Made by a program: the position numbers and the translations under genes
Part shown: one piece after another, positions 58,401-64,000 of the stretch
Numbering within the stretch: position 1 is the stretch's first letter
Layout of the letters: each line of letters starts with the position of its first letter
Source of the DNA: a virus
Lineage: Duplodnaviria > Caudoviricetes
Reading direction: 5' to 3' (one strand)
DNA length: 64,000 nucleotides
Virus record (IMG/VR): IMGVR_UViG_2061766007_000047
Coordinates: 1-64,000 of that record
Notes under the pieces: model-generated
What the model was told of the DNA's origin: nothing
The model's input: the letters and a program-made list of their open reading frames with translations, nothing else
Databases searched by the model: none

Positions 58401-60691
58401 TTTTCATTTATCTCAGCATATTGTTGAGCAAATGTAGAATATCCCTTTATTGAATCAGACATTTCTTTGTCTGATAAAGTAGTATGGTATTTAGCATCTT
58501 TACCATAACTATTGCGCAGGTTAATATTTTCCGCAGAATCCCACAGTTTACCTAAAATATCTGCTCTCTCTTTTAAAAGAGATTGCAAATTTTGATTAGA
58601 TTTCTCTACAGTAGATTCCTGTTTAGATAAGCTTGAAGAAAGTCCCTCATTAGATGCATCAGCAATCTTAGAAACTTCCTTTAACGCATTTTGGAAGTCT
58701 AAGTCACTAACCCACCATCCATCCTTAAGACCATTGATATTAACAGCCTTACCACCACTTTTTGCTATTTCATCGTTAATAGCAAGATACTGTTTAGCTA
58801 ACTCTTGGTAACGGTCATTAAATCTTTCAAGGTCAGCAAAATCCCTTTCATCAGCAATAGGAGATTCGGTGTAGAAAAGCCCTTGGTCAAACTTATCCCC
58901 TGCAACACCCACTAAGTCTGAAAGAATCTCTTTTCTTCTCTGATTTAACTCTTGAAGATGCTTATTAGATACATCTACAGCAGATTCTTGTTTAGACAAT
59001 GCGGAACTAAGCCCATCACCAACTTTTGATGCGTCAGCGGTAGGCATTTTCAGTTTTCCGATTTGGCTTTGAACTCTAACTAATTCACCTTGAAAATCAG
59101 TTAAGAATCCCTTAAGACTATCAACATACCCTGCATCAGAAGAACCCTTTGCAGTAGAATCTTTTATATCCTGCTGTAATTGTGCAATACGCTTTTTAAT
59201 CCATGTTTCAAGTGTACTAAGTTGAGCCATGTCCATCTTGCTCTTGTCAATATGGAGCAGATTGTCCATGGTTATTTCAACTTTATTATCTGCAACAGCC
59301 TGTTCTACCTTTCCTTTGGATTCTTTCAGTTCTGAATTGATTTGCTTAATGAAATCATCTACAGGAATAGCACTTCCCTGTTTACGAGCGTTCTGATTGT
59401 GGTCGTAAGCAGAAGAAATAGCCTGTTCTATCTGAGATATCTTTTCCGCTAATTGCTTTGAAATAGGTTCAAGCTGTTCTAAAGATTTCTGCGCTTCAAG
59501 AGCAAAAGTCTGTATCGGGTTCTGTCCATTAAACTTTGAACCCCTAATTCTTTTCCCCATGCTCTCAAACCAATCAAAAGGAACAAGGTCTGACGCTTTA
59601 TCAATCTTAAGAGAACCCTTCGCATCTTCATTAGTTTGTTGTCTTAAGGTTTGTCCAAAATCTAATATTCTTTGTTTCTTAAGCCTAGCCATCATATCCT
59701 TATTGGACATTTCAGCACTAGCAAAGACATTTTTATAAGCACCCTTGATTCCCAAGATAGCTTCTTGTTCAGCCTTATTTAACGCACCTAAATCAAATCC
59801 CTTAAAAAATTCATTGGAAAGCTTTATCTGATTTCCCTTAATAAGATTATCATTCTGCGCCTTAATCTTCTTTACAGCACTAGCTAAAGCCTTGGATGTT
59901 TCTTCCGCACCCTGCTTTACCTCTTTGCTATAATCAAGCGGTTTTCCAACTTTTGCGCCTTGACTCTTAGCAAAATCAATCTTTTGCTGTGCATTGCGCA
60001 TATCGTTGTCAACTTTTTGCTTTCTCTTACGATACTCGTCAAGTTGCTTTTCCATTTTCTGAATATTAGAAAGTGGAATTTCTTGGTCTTTAGATGTAGC
60101 CTGTCTACTTGCTTTCTTCTCTCTAAGAGTCTGCAAAGCATCCTTACGAACCTTAGACCAATGTTCAAGGTTCTTTTCAGATTCCTTTAAATCTTTATTG
60201 GATTTCTTAACAGAAGAAGAGAAATTAAAGGCTTTCTTGATATCCTTTACAGAATTAGTAGCTTTGTTCACAGACCCACTAATTCCGCTTAATTTAACCA
60301 TAGCGTCAATGATTCCATTGATGCTATTAGAAACATTTTCAAGACCCTTTAAATTGTCGCCTAATCCTGCAAAGTTTTTGAGTGCTTTTCCAAGCAATGA
60401 AAGTTGAGCAATGCCCTCTCTAGCCTTGCCCGTGTAATTAGACAATTTATTAAGAACTTCTATTAAATCATCTATACTTTCTTTTGCTTTCTTGATGCCC
60501 GTTTTGGTCTTGCCAAACTTGTCAATGGTACTCATAGCATCAGCCATTGTTTTTAATGACCCTGCACCCTTTTGAGCATCTTGCGCAAACTCACGCAACC
60601 CCTTTAAGGCATTGACAGCACTATCTATGCCTTGTAGGTCGCCCAATTCAGAATCGACTTTGATAATTAAATCTTCCAATTCTTGTGCCAT
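43433..60691 (-). CDS. Giant multi-domain tape measure protein (5752 aa) with JAB-like, SLOG/DUF2493-like and tail-lysozyme domains
   Basis: Follows the tail chaperones; Trp-spaced helical repeats (IDW..); GLDELNIL; C-terminal GGMPNSGEIFVARENG.PEFVG..G.RTAVANNDQI. Confidence 0.9.
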   Translation of the reverse strand: MAQELEDLIIKVDSELGDLQGIDSAVNALKGLREFAQDAQKGAGSLKTMADAMSTIDKFGKTKTGIKKAKESIDDLIEVLNKLSNYTGKAREGIAQLSLLGKALKNFAGLGDNLKGLENVSNSINGIIDAMVKLSGISGSVNKATNSVKDIKKAFNFSSSVKKSNKDLKESEKNLEHWSKVRKDALQTLREKKASRQATSKDQEIPLSNIQKMEKQLDEYRKRKQKVDNDMRNAQQKIDFAKSQGAKVGKPLDYSKEVKQGAEETSKALASAVKKIKAQNDNLIKGNQIKLSNEFFKGFDLGALNKAEQEAILGIKGAYKNVFASAEMSNKDMMARLKKQRILDFGQTLRQQTNEDAKGSLKIDKASDLVPFDWFESMGKRIRGSKFNGQNPIQTFALEAQKSLEQLEPISKQLAEKISQIEQAISSAYDHNQNARKQGSAIPVDDFIKQINSELKESKGKVEQAVADNKVEITMDNLLHIDKSKMDMAQLSTLETWIKKRIAQLQQDIKDSTAKGSSDAGYVDSLKGFLTDFQGELVRVQSQIGKLKMPTADASKVGDGLSSALSKQESAVDVSNKHLQELNQRRKEILSDLVGVAGDKFDQGLFYTESPIADERDFADLERFNDRYQELAKQYLAINDEIAKSGGKAVNINGLKDGWWVSDLDFQNALKEVSKIADASNEGLSSSLSKQESTVEKSNQNLQSLLKERADILGKLWDSAENINLRNSYGKDAKYHTTLSDKEMSDSIKGYSTFAQQYAEINEKIKNLGGQPINILGFDKSRQVTDTLIENIENAYDKVIRAMMDGAKHMTDVADSVAKEDIDLPFPDVNMATYKKSALEKIEKYISSDDITANIRAFYATAEEDWSKVANRFPVEKLSEMGKLLANRINENNGDMIRLENIFPRVDWDTAVKINEEYKGLKEQALDMENMLEQVQKAISSKASELKPRDDSDVQSTIDREAERAKALNQLIQIEEEIQEKLGTFVNLVNSEYDLKLTKNKKGSNFERGEDLKDTQEQIKALSSEMDKAVSDRTKAEDRVHNAFGMISFSEITDGMEKSAGSTAEFAKFMETLAKNADDASKALSNVSGFADVVKGLSSYMASDVEWRPEQGLFGDSVRGFSSKVIHGSRDSIAGEQIYALQKELDAVGEIVDTFFHSHPSNIASFSPSDWFSGVQEYVEGIRHQVVVGLKEFSTIDYGKINPSDYMGIYESFCENLYKMGDELFTVTRGEIEKALGGSAFSDILFGRIEKAFNAETLNNNFSKIKAIFDGYMSQIKDGQFINANDIGDALANQFIQGLNLDSSQTERFSAVIRSYIRDVFSSVYDDKFGSAITDDKFQSVVKDSLKNALTMHGYDANEIYKSFPIDTFTDMLYAVSGNVDKDNVLLQHAIDERAQIIARLAEINQSYASAWEQGELDYEREGLQERLSELEGQIEEWAKFSSSSIGGELDGSINQVTEDADKMKYVLVVGSRTFRDYEQLAEVLDRVAQGYEKITIVSGGAQGADALAKRYAKEKGYGYKEFPAEWDKYGKSAGYKRNEQMHEYIAQFDDRKVVAFWDGVSKGTQHSFDLAKKYNNELEVIKFNASEQFKGNTTSKDSFIVRQAKEFASDTEKYKDLIGDKIKQIEGFLETKQKELAQYEDALASGNAGKWTENYKDKITQIKGQIGESQQALKILRDATNIREEKTSTQGSKSFVIQQAEELTKDVEKFGSIIKDKVSQLEHNLEFFKERVASYKEGLSDKSAGQWADTYKEQLDKYTRYQEETEKALSIYRDALAKQFSTSPVSGESGLTQSVEADNKTLESLINERIDILNQLVKVTERVNFNADMLKSIKGRIATISGGENQNIYEEALPKWVKRQQELVAQLKGVDANLGQYVNVAELEKENSAMIEANKQLQEMYQWQNKIFGGRQKSNAFDVKTQTYAKFQNSDVREQTYARTPKASIPKVEEEPSAISDMIKLLNDFVDTISKLDGISKKLEGLDDAVGGINKLVDVLKILSEYTGDASGSIEQFKALGEALQAFANLGTSLEGIEKVHKGVVLMIDTLKMLSEYKGKAGSAITQFGNLGKALQEFAELGKSLEGLNAIYNGVDKMVNVLVKVSNIEKISQGNINRLGDLGKALHEFNGLDSNLVGLNEISVGLMNLSKATEAMKGSKKSDFEYINKIATALGSFDGVLTGRQYTNVSNITSALAQLVTALKETKQIDVGSIEAIGTAIKNAFNNDEFVSSATKITHVLEALYKAYGAIATQSGSVRDTMNLMVSSFKNASDALYDVRSNIEIISTDFTDALQPVTNSALFDTLKEFKKLNDSYKNVAGLGQGLGTLLSALNQLKGKTVDISPLRTLLEDLEKLAKDKNIDVLGAKFDKLTNMAQPVGILLNSLKYTDLQGSNKTLTTLANQLRKFYEDLPKGFDKISFTLNAIHKLIDLAKKDEGFDPKDNAIANLGVTLKEFNGLSLPKLADFAQGVGQILSVLRSIPKDTFINTQPLTQLLDTLQYTDSSMQNAQVILSTVKSIEGVNKLDTTKFKALNEELNNLVMILGGAPSIDKNAFKGVADVIKTLTQADMKNVEADKLEVIVEALAKLADHLANIKGSNNKINITLDSDGVANFSRVIQKTDEEYSRFARNLNEAIDDVDYSHLFDLTAPVNSLRKQLREAERMLHSTMKRIEEEKAKVNRSNVVNDKPELTERQMVLYEQLRAKADSLRDTIRNLHIAIESAPRFETYAEGAQYLANLKQEYKRYEEVMKRFKGFDAPSGSNMGQMFEVIRIRMDEITKEIEDSDEALKNMELSIEDVADSARIAADEMTRMADEAERASQEMRDSVGNGFGQFGSMLSGSKNPVLGALGNISNMFGKAVKDGTAVMGDSQLASLSSLAGTLGTVATAVAQVSAVVGVVVAVIQTWWKTMSKVRDTLIQFVQSLTQFAKTMLDKVVGAFNAVAGAVSKVASAVKSGAEIVVSALHKIGEVSGKIISIFGKLGGAVAPAVKGIKSIMMAVSPKFVKTLVNSNFQLSKIIKQTHILKGAVKTLTRYFSMMTRMLMRKSITAFFNKMKQAFEDMVLFEKNADDAMLQLEYNVSIVFSALRRLANQVVAIFEPLINAISAPAETFLTSLQGMAENMAKFMAILTGQPYYLRAKKFYESYGDSLDETAKKAKNLTNGLDELNILNDKQDKGGVTPDIEFEKVWIDEGFGLNIPALKDIIDKIVDFLKNIDWQKIWKTIEDFIDKVMGYINYILSRLDLAEWLGKTLGDLINTVFVILERLADNFDPHALAAWLSEFIVNAIDQIDWDRVYRTVTKWAHKLAEFWNDIFADEKLWDRIVTLIVNTLDAIMRFFEEWAWTFDFSGMAQQLTDSIAEALQKFDWERLRHTVEGWVTGLVDFINTAMANKEFWITLGDSIAKFVNIVLEAFNKLGDIDFANAVDSLKLAIERFLEGIRWDEFYEAIDKWAQNIADVVNGLFTDEKFLTDIFVSISNFVNGIIDLFDKAIKKLKAYDIGKAIADSLITGLQNVNWDTLFKLPADALNALSNAVKGILDAIPADFSLADWIFNHLAITYDSIDWKTLEDNLYRIGDKIFKFINDTIHNDNFWRMFGDLTIRGLKFVAEFTEDVLTIDWDDLATRISNYLNGIVQSGQIQRIITNVGKATIKLAFTIFAVIEGIDWEELGKQIGAGIADVIDELYANRNKIKQDIENAFKSFSTFISNIFKEMFASNSFYELGTTMAGILVGIINGIAIFFDDNGTNIIKAIREFADGLAEYLEEHEDEIVNSLTVIIDTLCDIIDTFFDEKGRLHKEIARIVERLEEPIGKLLGTIVSILIRKFTEKFEDITALTKSLFSVEGVSGFIDGIADALVDFLTTILGKIWEKIKARLNPIRLLQDAHILPKDGIGGFIVGLLQGMFTGDFSLANLFDNIFFHDEDKAGESLLSRVKKKIEDGVKGVKDFFGNIGEFLFGKDKAEAEIPVDIKPVVDKDKKYKLEDIQGNAELQFEDAKLGKIKADAIEVKVFKGDTLDSEEMFADTLTVIDIIADKLTVKEIVTDNDAVSKDMEKAYGGNTIEAKGGNLSNNLDVDTITARLLEVSEKITAPLVEIAEKITTPLIEVIESITTPLIDAKKIKTKLLDAKKITTKLLEAEKITTELLEVTDKVTAEKFEITKKATAKLFEVDKIVAKENGLGDLTAEVQEFEKIVAQLIETPELRAEKVMANVLDASKITSNALNVSNINAQLLTVSNIVANALKVGTIYGNLSGGTGGTQTININTDGGIDWSGYGGTGYIAKPQFEAGDRWSDISGLVPSAEDFLDGISEYYNKATGGWGYGSLPRYGNETIFETSPIYLGENTSNVSGNKLSNGIIKLDDSSRKIADSNSSYNNLSLPSTAKYIRDYLMSFIGNENGVYGLMGNLYEESGLRSNNLQDVYNDTITDEAYTNKMNNGGDFTDNKGYGLAQWTTDDRKQGLLNTLNGRSVDDLQGQLEYLKKELMSSEYSDVLNTLRNATHLYDAVDVVFKKFEKPKDQSSSAEGKRVYNALGIAGQLGSYEGTVNIDDEPVPTGEIPKQDNNGLYDGFDEANVIGDETTGGTGQFSFLDSLPLQTEYKMAEVYNIIDKWLGRIYRLFESFNIEDFLGDMFDLDDMTFKLVGVESLITVIKNLTKAINKLISTIENLIKVINELIAELKLLTDAVKKCTDAINKCIVALNNLKDAIKQCTKAIEKLTEAIGNNTPAITNLKNAIERCIATINTLIGRINALIDAINNAITAIHGNTDALNNLADIIRTAFDSSSLYETIKRAIEDANLRVTAVIENIEAVAHAEANILGDIIKNFNTNTHDAHLVNNTNAKSANTKAVEANTRAINDLYKGLNGFTTGLRNSVSNITCNCNCNCNCGGCAMGGNEGGGKGGRNIKDIKNEPTPTSDVGNGGYEPPTSGSSDGGDPVPEIPNYTEGFHQTPYSPQTIDESDNTGYSSTGDSGWWHTIGNSSGGSNIVWQNANGSKASLFALVDGKKVRLDENALSDEMKALIASGKYLITDSKGNPLSAADRKKLLAFLKKRWAKYLAKKYNGKSYKNALDSYADLSESDAKKLVQKEMEKYNVPNTSTADGGTLVDNGGGKDHPQNNGSGNNGGGEDHPQNNDSGDNGGGEDHPQDDGGNQPQDDGGEEPKNNQPNKGDTWLDSEGNWHYSSDALMNDRIFTGRLNGAYGAKTYVDDSLIDDNKDMAVKWVDTTLGKLDSSVDESKKGYAISTSLGAYKYGVLDKWKALRDEENRKVENYRNEAQQYYDNIMAKGDDSTKAQAKSRYDYLMKNQNASSSETYKNQLDALKLYSLMADGYNDPKALENLAQSYYNDIVNSPYATWQQKDNAKTLLSNIKMRTSGNMGSPKDAAGFLMNLKNLKDAVTGQNGKTQTQKNLRLGANGGIFNVNDLAKTDSGKKILANALISDRDSQGNEISWFLQSNGTGNSADSKDKITDTKVINEMKDYIRSLGITEDMANFGSANQKAYDVYKAIQKDSSISSDDKAKAKQYFNSYLAWNSSSNADSRATKQKYYLDNLQKIAGLETDSEKEQKVANQARQKELDEAVKKITEDDAYVSFGKSSYSYGSSKEYPVNQYFDKTASLKEIAEGKTKLDKFSVDAGKFVAENAVEAKTLFDAWYQRFLAKGYQMGGMPNSGEIFVARENGTPEFVGSFGGRTAVANNDQIVTAVANGVSMANDRMVSAIESQTSRLENAIDRKDVDVVIGDRQIAEANRRGQQGMGRKFVD

Positions 60692-60753
60692 GACATTTCT
60701 CCTTAAAATGTAAAAAGGGATAGGTGATATTCAAGTATTCACTTAAACATCAA

Positions 60754-61089
60754 CTATCCCATCACAGGACTACTCGCATTTCGAGAGTCCTTTACTTCCT
60801 TGCTAATACGCTTCATAGCGTTGTGTTGCAACATAAACCTCATAAATTCATCAGCTTCATCCTGCGGTGCTTTCTTCTTAGCACTACCAAAGATTTCCAA
60901 TGGCTTTTGAGGATATTTTGCGTTCTTACTTAAGATAGAAGCTACTGCGTGTTGGTTATAAAGACCAAATACCCATGCTTCTAAATTCATCCTATTTTGA
61001 TGGGCTTCCATCTTCATTGAATAAGCCTTTTCAATAGGCTTCATCCGTTTTGGGTTTAGATGCCAAAATGTTTCATAAGAAACACCCAT
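60754..61089 (-). CDS. Tail assembly chaperone C-terminal extension (gpGT-like, reached by -1 frameshift)
   Basis: The -1 frame is open from the slippery site at 61227-61233 into this ORF. Confidence 0.75.
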   Translation of the reverse strand: MGVSYETFWHLNPKRMKPIEKAYSMKMEAHQNRMNLEAWVFGLYNQHAVASILSKNAKYPQKPLEIFGSAKKKAPQDEADEFMRFMLQHNAMKRISKEVKDSRNASSPVMG

Positions 61090-61151
61090 TAACAGAGCCG
61101 AAGGTAGGTAGCCATCATTTACCGCATCAGTAAAGTTATCGTACTTCTTCT

Positions 61152-61532
61152 TTACTTCTCCGCTTTCTTGCGCCCCTTCGCTACCGTCTGTGGCTTCTTG
61201 TGGTCTTGCGGTTGAGGGGTCTTCCCAAAACCCGCATCTGTCATAGCGTCTGTGAATACGCTAAACACATCTTCAAGAGAACCATCGTTAGCGATATGCT
61301 CACCAATAAGCTTTCCTGCTTCCTGCTGTGGAACACCAATCATTACAGCGAGAAGCGCACGTACTGTTGTAAACAGTTTGCTTCTGTCAAGTGTTCCGCT
61401 TGTGAGAGTCATTACATCAATTCCTGCACCCTCAAGGTCACATACGAGGTTGTAAAAATCGAGTTCCTTTACAGGGAACAACTGCTCTCCGTCATTAGTA
61501 TTCAGTTGAATTGTTCTTGCGATTGTTGCCAT
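61152..61532 (-). CDS. Tail assembly chaperone (gpG-like)
   Basis: Lies between MTP and TMP; G-GGT-TTT slippery heptamer. Confidence 0.8.
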   Translation of the reverse strand: MATIARTIQLNTNDGEQLFPVKELDFYNLVCDLEGAGIDVMTLTSGTLDRSKLFTTVRALLAVMIGVPQQEAGKLIGEHIANDGSLEDVFSVFTDAMTDAGFGKTPQPQDHKKPQTVAKGRKKAEK

Positions 61533-61600
61533 AAATAAAATCCTCCTTTGTTTGCCTAAATGAGTTTATTTAACCTCATAAACAAAACGCCTAGCGTGGT

Positions 61601-61623
61601 GGGGCTAGGATGACCCTAGCCCC
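61601..61623 (-). terminator. Hairpin after the major tail gene
   Basis: GGGGCTAGG-ATGAC-CCTAGCCCC. Confidence 0.6.
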
Positions 61624-61646
61624 GTGAACTTGTTTCAGCTAATTTA

Positions 61647-62090
61647 TCAGCCGCTTGTTGAATCAACCATCTTAAGAGCATTCTCGCCCTCGTCAGAGAT
61701 GGTGATTGTCATAGGAACAGCCGCATTAGACTCTACAGAGCCTACATATACGGACAGCTTTCCCTGCCACTCAAACTTACCGTACACACCGTTCTCACCG
61801 AACCATACTTGGTAAGTATCAAGCTGAGTCTGTGTCTTATCCCTGTCAGCGTCCGCAATGGCTTGAAGACTTGCATATGTATCCTTGTCATACCATGCAC
61901 CAAATTCAAGTGCAGATACGCTCTGAATACCATTGATGTTTCTTGTCTGAAGGTCAGACAGAGTTGTTACATCAATTTGGTCGGGTGCGCCACCAAGGTC
62001 GGGAATTGATGTGATATCAACAAGCTTTGAAAATGTTGAACCGCCATTTGCCTTGCGCATGAGATACGCTTTGTTTGAAAGAATAGCCAT
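61647..62090 (-). CDS. Major tail (tube) protein
   Basis: LVDITSIPDLGGAPDQIDVTTLSD..NINGIQ. Confidence 0.85.
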   Translation of the reverse strand: MAILSNKAYLMRKANGGSTFSKLVDITSIPDLGGAPDQIDVTTLSDLQTRNINGIQSVSALEFGAWYDKDTYASLQAIADADRDKTQTQLDTYQVWFGENGVYGKFEWQGKLSVYVGSVESNAAVPMTITISDEGENALKMVDSTSG

Positions 62091-62134
62091 GGTATTTATC
62101 CTCCGATTTTTTGTTTTCCTTGCCTGTAGGAAGA

Positions 62135-62200
62135 TAGCCTATTTTTAAGGGTTGAAACTGCTAGGCTACAGCTTGTCGGGTGCGCATCCCTATCAACCCT
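62135..62200 (-). ncRNA. Putative three-way-junction RNA before the major tail gene
   Basis: AGGGTTGA-TA-GGG(ATGCGCA)CCC-GACA-AGCTG(TAGCCTAG)CAGTT-TCAACCCT then TAGGCTA. Confidence 0.55.
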
Positions 62201-62208
62201 GTAGTACC

Positions 62209-62571
62209 TTATACATCAAGCCTTTCGTAACGTCCTACGAATCGGCTAACGTTTGAAGATGATTGAATCGGCATGAAAGTACGGCAGTTAAATCCTTGCG
62301 CAATCATAAAATTGCGGATATCCCACGCCATTTTTCGTGCTTGGCTCTGCCCCGATTCAGTGTATACCTCTATCTGATAATTCAGACTAACTACCGCTTC
62401 GTCGTTTGACAGAGTAATACTTCTTGTTGGTTCATCCAAAAGAAAGAAATACACATATGGAAGTTGAACTTTTCCTTCCTTGTATGATTGACCACCCGTT
62501 ACATTAGAGTAAATGCTACGCATATACTCCATCAGTTCCGTATAGAGTTTATTTGTCTTATCTGATACCAC
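62209..62571 (-). CDS. Tail terminator/completion protein
   Basis: PYVYF, YQIEVY, MIAQGF motifs; position. Confidence 0.7.
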   Translation of the reverse strand: MVSDKTNKLYTELMEYMRSIYSNVTGGQSYKEGKVQLPYVYFFLLDEPTRSITLSNDEAVVSLNYQIEVYTESGQSQARKMAWDIRNFMIAQGFNCRTFMPIQSSSNVSRFVGRYERLDV

Positions 62572-63088
62572 TTAACACCTCGTTTCTTATCCGCTTGTGT
62601 GCTTCAATAAGTTTTTCAACTGACCGATACATAAACGGATTAGCAGGTACACCGCTTGTGAAAGCCCATTTTCCATCTTCGGTTCGGTATCTCCAAAAAT
62701 CCCTACCATCTCCTGTATGAATTATGTATGTTCCCGTATTCCATCCGATGTTATAGGGCGGTGGCAAAGAGTTTAGCCATTCCTCATTGATTCCTTCATG
62801 TGCATTTAAACCAACAATACCTGTACCAAACTCGATAAACTCTACGTGTCCATCAAATACAACAACTCCCTCGGTATAGTCGCCATAATCAATTACCTCA
62901 ACACTCTTCATAAGTGCTATTCCCTCTGCGGGGGCTTCTTCTAAAAGAAACTCTTTTAAGGCATCCATCATAGCTTCGGTAAACTTCTTTGGAAACTCTA
63001 TCAAAAGTCTTTTGTACTCTAAGAGTTCGTTAATAGCATTATCTATACTCGATACCCTTAAAGGATTAACCTTGACTACTTTCTCCAT
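62558..63088 (-). CDS. Neck protein (HK97 gp10-like)
   Basis: FIEFGTGIVG, TSGVPANPFMY. Confidence 0.75.
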   Translation of the reverse strand: MEKVVKVNPLRVSSIDNAINELLEYKRLLIEFPKKFTEAMMDALKEFLLEEAPAEGIALMKSVEVIDYGDYTEGVVVFDGHVEFIEFGTGIVGLNAHEGINEEWLNSLPPPYNIGWNTGTYIIHTGDGRDFWRYRTEDGKWAFTSGVPANPFMYRSVEKLIEAHKRIRNEVLSGIR

Positions 63089-63479
63089 ATCCGTCTATCC
63101 TTCTAATAGCCCATACCTTTTGGTATATCCCTTTGGCAACCCGAATCACCTCATAATCGGGCTTTGTATTAGTAGAACCGTCTTCTCTGATTACAGGAAC
63201 TACATCTACGAATAACTTGGTAAACTCGTCTATTGGCAAATCTTGAACCGTGGAAATCATCTTGTCATATTTACAATCCCTTCCAAATGGAAGGTCTTCA
63301 ACGTCCGATGTATTTTCACTTATCATTGCAGTTGCCTTAATTGGGTTGGAATAAGAAATGTCCGTATCACCCGTTTCATAACCTTCATCATCAAAAACTT
63401 CCACTTCACCTTTATAAAGCTGATAGTAGAAATCTCTTTGATTGGCTTTTAAGTCCTTAATGTCCATACCCATCACCAC
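63066..63479 (-). CDS. Head closure/head-tail joining protein
   Basis: DDEGYETGD..YSNP..FG..YDK; position. Confidence 0.7.
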   Translation of the reverse strand: MVMGMDIKDLKANQRDFYYQLYKGEVEVFDDEGYETGDTDISYSNPIKATAMISENTSDVEDLPFGRDCKYDKMISTVQDLPIDEFTKLFVDVVPVIREDGSTNTKPDYEVIRVAKGIYQKVWAIRRIDGYGESSQG

Positions 63480-63802
63480 ACATAAGTCTGTACAGGGATA
63501 GCAGAAAGGGCATTGGCAATAGCCTTATCTCCACCATTTTCCCAAATTCTCGTTACGCCAAGTTCCGTAAACTGTTTCATTCCCTCTCTTGAAGAACTTT
63601 CATACATAGCCTTGGCAACATCGTAAATTTCGTATTCATATCTGTTTACAAACTTATCAATGTCTTCATCAAGAGGTTCATCATCTTCCTTCCACCAATA
63701 ATGATTTACAGCAAGTTTTTTTGCTCTTTCGAGCATTATTTCAAGCTGTTCATCAGTTAGTGAGGTATTACCTATGATTTTTCTAAAAGTTTCTACACTC
63801 AT
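63473..63802 (-). CDS. Head-tail connector (gp6-like)
   Basis: EGMKQFTELGVTRIWE; directly after the capsid gene. Confidence 0.7.
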   Translation of the reverse strand: MSVETFRKIIGNTSLTDEQLEIMLERAKKLAVNHYWWKEDDEPLDEDIDKFVNRYEYEIYDVAKAMYESSSREGMKQFTELGVTRIWENGGDKAIANALSAIPVQTYVW

Positions 63803-63851
63803 ATTTCACCTCACTATTGGCTACGCCACTTTGGACGTAGCCACCGTTTTA

Positions 63852-63998
63852 TCATGCAGATGGATTCTCGTTAGGGAACGCTTCTGAAAGTCCTGTAATC
63901 TTAGCTGAAAGCCACTCACAGCAATGGTCAAGTCCGACCTGTCCAAAGATTTGGAAGTCTGTTCCTGCACCTGTCTTAGCAAGTTCCTCAAGGAAGAA
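63852..63998 (-). CDS. Major capsid protein C-terminus (partial; DUF5309/SU10-like)
   Basis: FFLEELAKTGAGTDFQIFGQVGLDHCCEWLSAKITGL; hairpin at 63818-63843 after the stop. Confidence 0.75.
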   Translation of the reverse strand, partial: FFLEELAKTGAGTDFQIFGQVGLDHCCEWLSAKITGLSEAFPNENPSA

Positions 63999-64000
63999 GT

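Noticed and set aside
43622-60407. Many plus-strand ORFs opposite the TMP
   Set aside because: Antisense shadows of a long coding frame; no RBS or recognisable motifs
1-64000. Stop-codon reassignment
   Set aside because: Genes are full length and tightly packed under the standard code; TAA, TAG and TGA all terminate genes

Overview
AT-rich 64 kb segment of a tailed (siphovirus-like) phage genome, almost entirely coded on the minus strand; the host is probably a gut Firmicute/Clostridia (inference from protein families). Reading the minus strand from 64000 down: end of major capsid gene, head-tail genes, major tail protein, tail chaperones (-1 frameshift), a 5752-aa multi-domain tape measure protein, a duplicated fibre/adhesin cassette, HNH endonucleases, lysis genes, a tRNA-Glu-derived attP-like site with no integrase or CI beside it, Cro/Xis, recombination and replication genes, many small early genes, glycosyltransferases, then distal tail/baseplate and a Kelch receptor-binding protein. 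The main finding is at 22135-23505. A RAMP/Cas7-like gene is followed 7 nt after its stop by a ~690-bp non-coding array of 10 units, each a GGCAGTT anchor plus strictly 5-nt-periodic [NN + GGY/GTY] pentamers. Read as codon positions 1-2 with the wobble base skipped, the variable dinucleotides of three units spell peptides resembling other phages' proteins (MANKVKFGLKN major-tail N-terminus, DENGRLYYEYTV portal, KRYYVYAKTKEEL integrase-like). This suggests a gapped-code RNA-guided anti-competitor system (VIPR-like). All family assignments are by eye and from memory; no searches were run.
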